Shown piece after piece: positions 54,143 through 64,000 of a stretch of 64,000 bases of DNA; position 1 is the first letter of the stretch; the number at the start of each line of letters is the position of its first letter. The stretch is from assembly GCF_009914755.1 (NCBI RefSeq), contig NC_060930.1; one strand, written 5' to 3'. The position numbers and the translations under genes were made by a program. The DNA is from the human T2T-CHM13v2.0 reference genome, Homo sapiens. A model generated the notes under the pieces. The model worked only from the letters and a program-made list of their open reading frames with translations, ran no database searches and was not told where the DNA came from.

Positions 54143-54348
54143 GTCACACACCAGGGCCTGTCTGGGGGTGGGGGGTGGCAAGGGGAGGGAGAGCATTAGG
54201 ACAAATACCTAATGCATGTGGGGCTTAAAACCTAGATGACGGGTTGATAGATGCAGCAAACCACCATGGAACATGTATACCTATGTAACAAACCTGCATG
54301 TTCTGCACGTGTATCCCAGAACTTAAAGTAAAATAAAAACTTTTTAAA
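54143..54348 (+). mobile_element. L1PA-type 3'-end fragment (~200 bp)
   Basis: G-rich tract, agcattaggacaaatacctaatgcatg, gcaaaccaccatgg, cccagaacttaaagtaaaataaaa; TSD AAGAACTATGTCT. Confidence 0.92.
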
Positions 54349-54836
54349 AAGAACTATGTCTATAACATATTAGAGTGACTAGATAAACAAGATTCCTTTA
54401 GTATTGCTTAATGACAGGAGTAAAAGACGAAAATTGTTAACATGCTTTTGCATCAAGATGGAGGACATTTTATTATCTTAGTAGCTGGTTCAAGACTTTC
54501 TCTTATGTAAACATTTGACTTTGCTAGAAAAATATCATAATAAGCCCCTTTGTCATAAAATCTGAAATCCAGCAGTGTTTGGATGTGTGTAGAAAGACCT
54601 GCAATGAGGCAGGGAGGGGAAGAAGAGAGGTGGAGGCTGTAAAATGGGGAATGGGGAGAGCAGTGTGATGGAAGAAATGACACCACAATGTCAGTTTCAG
54701 TAGAAAGCGGTGAAGAGTCTGAACTTTGCCTTCATGTTAGCATCAGGTGGAACCGAGGCAGTACACAAGGACATCTGAAAAAACAAGTTGCTGGGAATAA
54801 AGGCCAGGGCCGATGACAAGATCATTCATCACCACG

Positions 54837-55126
54837 TGATATTGTTTGGCCCCGTGTCCCCACCCAAATCTCATGTTGAATTATGATCTTCAGTGTTGAA
54901 GGAGGGGCCTGGTGGGAGGTGACTGGATCACGGGGGTGGATTTCCCCTTGTTCTCATGACAGTGAGTGAGTTCTCAAGAAATCTGGTTGTTTAAAAGTGT
55001 ATAACAGATTGCTCGAGCTCAGGAGTTTGAGGTCAGTCTGGGCAACATAGCAAAGCCCCCTTTCTTTTTTTTAAAATTAAAAAATAAAAATAAATAAAAT
55101 ATTAAAAGTGTGTAGCACTTTGCCCT

Positions 55127-55159
<33 letters not shown>

Positions 55160-55346
55160 TGCTCTGCTATGTGAAGATTGTGCCTATTTCCCCTTCACCT
55201 TCCACCATGACTGTAAGTTTCCTGACACCTCTCCAGCCATGCTTCCTGTACAGCCTGTGGAACTATGGGCCAATTAAACCTCCTTTCTTTATAAATTTCT
55301 CAGTCTCAGGTAGTTCTTTATAGCAGTGTGGGAATGGACTAATACA
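54837..55346 (+). mobile_element. MaLR MST-type solo LTR with a truncated Alu monomer inserted (~55005-55101, TSD ttaaaagtgt)
   Basis: tgatattgtttggccccgtgtccccacccaaatctcatg...atggactaataca. Confidence 0.9.
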
Positions 55347-55351
55347 CCATC

Positions 55352-55605
55352 ATAACTAATATTTATTAAGTGCTTAACAATGCACCAGATATTGTTCTAA
55401 GAGCTATATTCATATTAACTCATTAAATCCTTACACCAGCTATGGGTGCTATTACTGTCTCCATTTAACAGATGAGGAAAGCGAAGTGCATAAAGGTTAA
55501 GCAGTTTGCCCAAGGTCATACAGATTGGTGTGTATTTGTGTCAGAGATAAGATTCAAACCCCAGCCCTCTGAGCTCAGAGCCTCCCCTTTGTACCATTGT
55601 GCTAT
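55352..55605 (-). mobile_element. MIR
   Basis: atttattaagtgct...ccatttaacagatgaggaaa...tgcccaaggtcatacag...gattcaaaccc. Confidence 0.75.
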
Positions 55606-56353
55606 CTCTTATTTTATTACAAGAGACTATAAAGTTCATCGAATTCAGTCTTCCAACAAACACAGCTTCTTATAACAAGCCATGCTCTTACTAGATGCCC
55701 ACTGTGATGGGGAGGTCCCTAATCTGAGAGCCAGAAGTGTTATACTAGAAAACATACTTGACAACTTTTGAAGATAGTAAAATCACCCACTTTTGTCAAT
55801 ACCTTAGGGTAACCAGTTCTGCATATCATCAATGAAAAATATGAATATAAAAAGCATCACTTAAAATTCCTCAACAAAACATCAAATTTTATGGTAAATA
55901 AAGCATTCTTTACTGCAGAAGACAATGCAGACATCTTACTGCCTGACTCATCAGTAAATGCGTATCTTTTATATACATGTTGAAACAATAGAATTTATGT
56001 CTTAGAAGACGTCTATACAGCTAAGGTATGCACCAAAGCTAATTTGTATGTCCATGAGTTGGACAACCAGGACAACGGGTTTTAATAACTACAGAAAAAG
56101 AAAGAGAAGGGCAATGGTCACCAAAAAGCACAATGGTGACTAATGAGTTATGACTAACAGTGTTTCAAAGACAGTTGTAACATAATTGGAAATGGTAGAA
56201 ACTACATACTGAGGACAATAGTGATTATTGTCTGGGTCATAGAAAATAATAGCATTTAAGTTAATACGCTAATACTTTCTGAAAAATTACCAGGATTTCA
56301 GTTATATCTATACAGTCACAGAAAGATGTGTCCTTAATAGATAACTGTGGGCG

Positions 56354-57023
<670 letters not shown>

Positions 57024-57667
57024 TTAAACCAAATAAAAGATGTATACCTCAGTGAGGAGCTAAGACATATAATTCTTTTAAAATCATTTTATAATAGAAA
57101 ATCAGAGTAATAATGAGAAGAATTACACAGGTATTCAACTCCAGTCTTTCCTAGATCATTAGGAGTAAACTTATAAACTTTAGAGGTGGGGACATCTTCA
57201 GATTGTTTTACTCTTCTACTATAATTATTAAATATAAATATTTAATTGTTATTATTAGTAAATTTAAATCAGTAAGTACTCCATTTCTAGAGCATTCAGT
57301 TTATACTTGGGCATCTAAACATGCAATTGCTTGTAAAATAGACTCTTCACATAATTATAGTTATAAAGTACTTTGATAGTCGTGGTATATTCCTTACTCT
57401 TAGAGAAGCAAAAAAAAAAATCAACCCATAAATAAATAAATAAATAAATTACTTAATTCTCCCACTGAAAAATAATCTTCGGAGGACCAAAGATAGTCAG
57501 TAATGCTATCAACTTCCCTCTGCATAAATCCTAGACTAGGGATAAACATACCTAGGCTACACTAATTTGATTCACAAACTAGAATAACAAAGTGAAACTC
57601 AAGCTTTTCAAGTCATAAATATCACTAAAGAGAAAGAATTCGTTGCAAAGAATTTTCAATTACATAC

Positions 57668-57711
57668 CAAAAAGTTATGAATTTTCTTGGTCCAGTTCTG
57701 TTGCCTTTGAC
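57668..57711 (-). other. IPCEF1: IPCEF1 5'-UTR exon (44 nt, non-coding)
   Basis: Minus strand: long T/CT polypyrimidine tract (57721-57755), then ...ccataaag|GTCAAAGG...ACTTTTTG|gtatgt. No ATG. Contains a TAA (57677-57675) in frame with the downstream start codon. Confidence 0.75.
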
Positions 57712-57864
57712 CTTTATGGAAAAAAAAAAAAAAAAGAGAGAGAGAGGAAAAAAAAGTGAGTCATGAGATTTCTGCCTGGACTCAATCACCTGGGTTAAAA
57801 TCAGAATCCCACCACATCAACCCCAAGAATAAGCAACAGAACAGTAAGTTGATCATCGTGATAA

Positions 57865-58576
57865 TGTTAGGGTAGACAGCTAGGCAAACACAAACAGTTC
57901 AGGAAAGTCCCACCACCACCACCACCCAGGAATGTCAGGCAATGTTAAACCACCAGGGGATGGTCAGGTAGTTGTTAAACTGGCTCTCTAAAATAATAAT
58001 TGGTGGCAGCTGGTGCCAGGGACAGGCAGTCTCCCATTAGATAAGTAACACTTGAAGCTGGTGATCAGCAGCTTCCTGATAAGATCTCAGGAGATGGCGA
58101 ATGGGCCCAAGTATGTGTACTAAAGGGCAAAATGGCAGAGTTTAGCATATGACCTCCCTCTGGGAACACTCGACTGGTAAGGGAAAAATGCCTCAAGTGA
58201 GCATGCATGCAACTTCAGCAAACACACTGAGCATGCTCCCCTCCCAACGTCTGGCAGGCCATTGCGCATGCGGAAAGCCCACCCCAAGGGAAGAATCAGG
58301 GTAGGAGAGACAGAAACCCCTGTACCATGCTGATGTATAAAACCCCAAGTCAAAGATCAAACAGGGTACTTGGATCTCTCAAGTTGTCCGCTTGGCACTT
58401 TTCCAAGTGTACTTTACTTCCTTTTGTTCTTGCTCTAAAACTTTTTAATAAGCTCTCACTCCTCAAAAACTTGCCTCAGTCTCTCACTCTAAGTCATGCC
58501 CCTCAATTGAATTCTTTCCTTCGAGGAGGCAAGAATCAAGTTGGTGCAGACCTGCACAGATTCACCTCTGCTAACA
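57865..58576 (+). mobile_element. ERV1 solo LTR (MER50-like)
   Basis: TGTTAG...CTAACA termini; 4-bp TSD ATAA at 57861-57864 and 58577-58580; TATA-like tgtataaaa (~58335). Confidence 0.85.
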
Positions 58577-58846
58577 ATAACTTCCCACTGTCTCTCTCAA
58601 AATATGAAAACAAAAGTTTTCTCTCATAGGAAAGAAGATCTGGGTAGCAAATTATCAAAAAATCATTAAACTGAGATCCTCAACATTTAATTTTTTCTAA
58701 AGAGGACAGTAAAAATAATGTTTTATCCTTTTGAACACACCCCATGATACATTTTTACTTCACTTTTAAATACCACGAAAGATGTGCACATAGATTGAGA
58801 ACTTCTATCTATTTTCCTGGAATTTTTCCAGTAGGAATATATTGCC

Positions 58847-59145
58847 TTTTTTTTTTTTTTGAGACAGAGTCTCACTCTGTGGCCCAGGCTGGAATGCAGT
58901 GGCACACACAATCTCAGCTCACTGCAACCTCCGCCTCCCAGGTTCAAGTGATTCTCCTGCCCCAGCCTCCTGAGTAGCTGGGATTACAGGCACCTGCCAC
59001 CACGCCTGGCTAATTTTTGTATTTTTAGTAGAGACAGGGTTTTGCCATGTTGGTCAGGCTGGTCTTGAACTCCTGACCTCGTGATCCACCCGTCTCGGCC
59101 TCCCAAAGTGCTGGGATTACAGGCATGAGCCACTGCACCCAGCCC
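58847..59145 (-). mobile_element. Alu (S-like)
   Basis: TSD ccagt(a/g)ggaatatatt. Confidence 0.95.
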
Positions 59146-59359
59146 AGTGGGAATATATTTCAAATTAGTAACAATAATTCTATTCATTGCCTAAAAGCAT
59201 ACATTTATAAAAACACAGATTTTTATTTTTTAAAATCTATATATTTGCATCTCACAGAAAAATAAAATTGTAGGAAAACATGTTCTGCAAAGGACATATT
59301 TCAAGATCTGTATTTTAATAACTCAATCTACTTGAGTACTTGGATTTTTTTCTTTTTAA

Positions 59360-60240
<881 letters not shown>

Positions 60241-62438
60241 TATACATTAGGAAAACCACATAACAGGTTGGATTAATATTTTCTTTCAATCACTTAGTAA
60301 CACTTAGTGATTGCCTCATATAAACTAAATTTAGTGTCACAGTTTGCAATTTACAAAATGCTTTGATATGGATTAATTTATGAAATTTGCGCTACAATCG
60401 CATGAGGTAGGTTTTTTATTTTGGTCATCTTTCCTCTTTTGAATAGAATTTTATCCAAGTTCATACAACCAGCAAGTCTAGCTCAGTGGCCAAAATTTAA
60501 GTATAGAATTACCGTAAAAATCACCCTAGAGTAAGAAACTCTATTTTCAGGTCAAATAAATCTAGATCCCTTTTTCTCTTTTGTAACCTGTACTCCCTGT
60601 TGTCCAAACTCTTTGCCTTACAGTTCTTATTTTGTTGTGTTAAACTACAAGGTAGTGAGGTATCATGATTTATCTAAACATTTTTTCAACCATAATTATT
60701 TCAAATTATAAGAGTTAAACCAGAAACAGTGGAAAAAATGGGTATTAACTTAAAAGTGGGCGATATGTTAAAATAAATGAGTATTAGCTGTATTGAGTAA
60801 GCTAACACTCAAAGTGATTGGCTTTTCTTCATGTTTTTGCCTTTGCTTTGGTGCAACTAATGATATACCAGCTCTTTCTTTCTCCCCAGAACAAGATCTT
60901 ATGTCACTTCCTCCTACATTCCAAAGCAATGAAAACAGTATTTCCTGAAGGAGTCATCTGTATGTTTACAAAAACTTTCCAGCATATTAAATTAGGTAGT
61001 TTTTCTTATTTACTTTTTGCCGTGGGGGCCTCACAATCGCAGTGCTGTTTAGTTAAGAATCAAGTCAAGAAAAGTTTGGGAATCGGTGTATGTAACTTGA
61101 GTCACAACTTATAACATGAATCTCTAAATAGACATTCCAGCCAGAAAGAGAAACAAACAGGTTTCCCAACCTATAGGTCAAGGGTACTGAAGCTGGCAAA
61201 AGCCAGACAAGGTTTAGAGTGATACTGAAATCTAAAAAGCAATACCACCCAAGTCCAGGTCAGCGCAACTGCAGATGCTTATCTGGGTGGCATCAGACTC
61301 AGATGTACCATCTCAATCACTTTCAGTATAGAAAGATCTTCAAGAAAATAGGCTGCAATTGTCCACTGACAAAAACCACTTTACTAAGCCTCAAGCTAAG
61401 ATAACAGATCAAGATCCATTTACTGCTTCATCCATGCACCATTTCTCTAACATTCAGTGATCTGAATATCTCACTTCAAAGCAAAAGAGCAATTAGAGCC
61501 ATTTAAAATGTCTGAATAATGAGTGTGATATTATTGTTACTGTCCAGTGTTCAATTTCATAAAGAAGCAGGAACAGACTCCTGAAAAATACCCGGAGAAA
61601 AAAATGAACTATCTTTTCCACTTCCACAGAGCTCTTCGAGCATTACATGACTTTCTTTTGAATTGGCATATTATGCACCCCCTAAAAGAAAACTCTCTAC
61701 TTTAATCCCAAGAAAAGCATTATTCTTATTCTTCATTTGAATTATTTTTTAGGCCAAATACAGTAAAGGAAGTTGCACTGATGATTGTGCTTAAATATAT
61801 AAATTGGGGCAAGACAGGGAGCAGCAAGAAATGTTTCAACTGTGAAGTCTTTAATAGAACATGTATCATTCATTTTTCCCCACTAATCCTCAACAGACTC
61901 CTATTATCTTCAGATAATAAGAGAGGCTGCCTGCCATTAATTTAATCACTGTAATTTCCTAAGAAATAAAGACTGATGTCTATTGAAAATTATTCCAATT
62001 ATGTCTTTGAACATGAGTTCAAAACTGGTAAAATTACCACTTTCAATAATATATTAACCTCCTAATTGTTATTAGTTATTCTCACAATCCTCTTAAAGCA
62101 AAGAATGACATTGGGGCCCAATTCTTTTATTCAACTTTGAGACACAATTATTTTTAAAACTTTGCTCAAGTTCAACCCACTTCAGGTGTAATCTAACCCT
62201 TTAAAATACATCCTAAGAAGCAATTTATCTGCTTAAAAACAAAAACTGGGCCGAATCCTTTTTATTATATCATGTAAAATCAAACTATGTAACCACTTGA
62301 AAATAAGTAGAAGTAGGTAAAAGTAAGGAAATCTCACAGAAACACCAATGATAAAAGTACTGGAGGCTGGATGCAATAGGTTATGCCTATAATCCCAGCA
62401 CTTTAGGAGGTCAAGGCTGGAGGATTGTTTGACCCCAG

Positions 62439-62779
62439 TGAGACAGCCAAGTATAAAGGGGTTTCCCGAGAACCTTCGACTGGCCTGTGCACAGGGAGGT
62501 GTGTGCACTGTGGTGCAGCCATGAATTTCACACCATTTGCAGAGCGGAGGATTCTGGCTTCCCCTGTTCTGGGGTGGTAACTGGGAATTCAACCTATGAG
62601 GCAGGAAGCCTACCAGCAGAACTCTCACTTTGCTGAGAGTCCCTGTTTCCCTTTTTATTTCCTTTTTGCCCAATAAACCCTGCCCTTCTCACCCTTCAAA
62701 GTGTCTGCGAGCCTAATCTTTCATGGTTGTGTGACAAGAACCTGGCTTTTAGCTGAACTAAGGAGAAAGTCCTACACCA
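62439..62779 (+). mobile_element. ERV1 solo LTR (MER48-like) inserted into a FLAM/Alu monomer (62365-62438 and 62780-62845)
   Basis: TG...CA termini, AATAAA at ~62672, 4-bp TSD CCAG at 62435-62438 and 62780-62783; Alu sequence resumes exactly (...tgaccccag|gagttcaaga). Confidence 0.85.
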
Positions 62780-62870
62780 CCAGGAGTTCAAGATCACCCT
62801 GGACAACAGAGTGAAACCCCATCTCTTTTAAAAAATAAAATATAAAAATTATTTTTTAAAAAAAGTACTT

Positions 62871-63178
<308 letters not shown>

Positions 63179-63801
63179 TTATTAAGCTCTGATTATTTAA
63201 TTTGTACAGTCATGTGCTAGATGCTGCTCATGCATTAAATATTCATTTTCACAGCAACCCCGTGAAGGTGGTGCTGTTCTTACAAATGAAGACCACTGCC
63301 CTGGCATCTGCCGCTGTGGCTGCTGTTGACTGCTCTGTTGGCAGCTGCCACTCCATTGCTCACGGGTGGCTGCCGTGCTGCCCCCAACCTCCTCTGGACA
63401 CCCCCATCTCACCGCACCCCACCACCAACACACACACACCTCTTTCTGCTCATTGATGAGGACTTTCCATAGTGGCACACACTTTGCTGTGAGCATTGCT
63501 TGGGGAACAGAGAGCACGGGGGGTCTAGGTCAGCGACGCCTGCACAAGGATCTGCTGCCTCTTCCCACACTGCTAGACTTCTTGGCTCATCTTGGCTTTT
63601 GCCAGCAGCCCCATGGCTCTCCCTCCAGTCCAGCCTTTTGTGGATCTGAGTCCATCAGCTAAGTCTGTACATGTCTAAGCTAAAACTGCAGAGAAATTTA
63701 GCCTCTCTTGCCCAGGGCTTTGGGACTCTTGCAATACTCCTGGTCATGCCTCTGTCCTGAACTGTCTGGAGCTCTCTGACAGCCAGGAGGTGACTGCCTG
63801 T

Positions 63802-63882
63802 CACACACATGTGCACACGCACACACACACACACACACATGCGTACACACACACACACACGCGCACACACACACACACACAC
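63802..63882. repeat. Interrupted (CA)n alternating purine-pyrimidine tract
   Basis: Direct reading, ~80 bp. Confidence 0.95.
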
Positions 63883-64000
63883 TCTTAGCAGTTGGCTGGC
63901 CGCCATCTAATGTAGCAGGTCATGTTAGCACACTGTCTTCCCTGACACTGTTCAAAATATTAGTCCCAAATTATTAGCTATATGAAGGAGCTGACAGCTA

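Noticed and set aside
57668-57711. N-terminal coding extension of IPCEF1 through the 44-nt exon
   Set aside because: In-frame TAA at 57677-57675, 24 nt of spliced sequence before the ATG.

Overview
Human (primate) genomic DNA: AT-rich, intron-dominated and dense in repeats. I recognise it as part of the IPCEF1/OPRM1 overlap region on chr6q25. The minus strand carries four small IPCEF1 exons: a 44-nt 5'-UTR exon (57668-57711), the 53-nt start-codon exon (33893-33945; MTSYMAIDGSAL), a 37/40-nt exon with a NAGNAG acceptor (15439-15475/15478) and a 170-nt exon encoding the first half of the PH domain (14583-14752). They splice in frame with GT-AG sites. The plus strand carries the alternative terminal exon O (rodent exon 7) of the mu-opioid receptor gene OPRM1 (14685-14777; [30 protein letters not shown]). 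It overlaps the IPCEF1 PH exon antisense and codon-for-codon, and each gene's splice acceptor is written inside the other's coding sequence. The gene overlap itself is known. The register analysis, which suggests the MOR-1O tail's conservation is largely borrowed from IPCEF1, is my inference and the most interesting item here. The rest is transposon-derived: about 40 Alu/FLAM elements (many with readable target-site duplications, some nested), a 5'-truncated SVA, L1 fragments, ERV1/ERVL/MaLR solo LTRs, DNA-transposon relics, MIR/L2 and microsatellites. Nearly all ORFs in the supplied track are repeat-derived noise. Repeat subfamily names come from recall of consensus sequences, and boundaries without a TSD are approximate.
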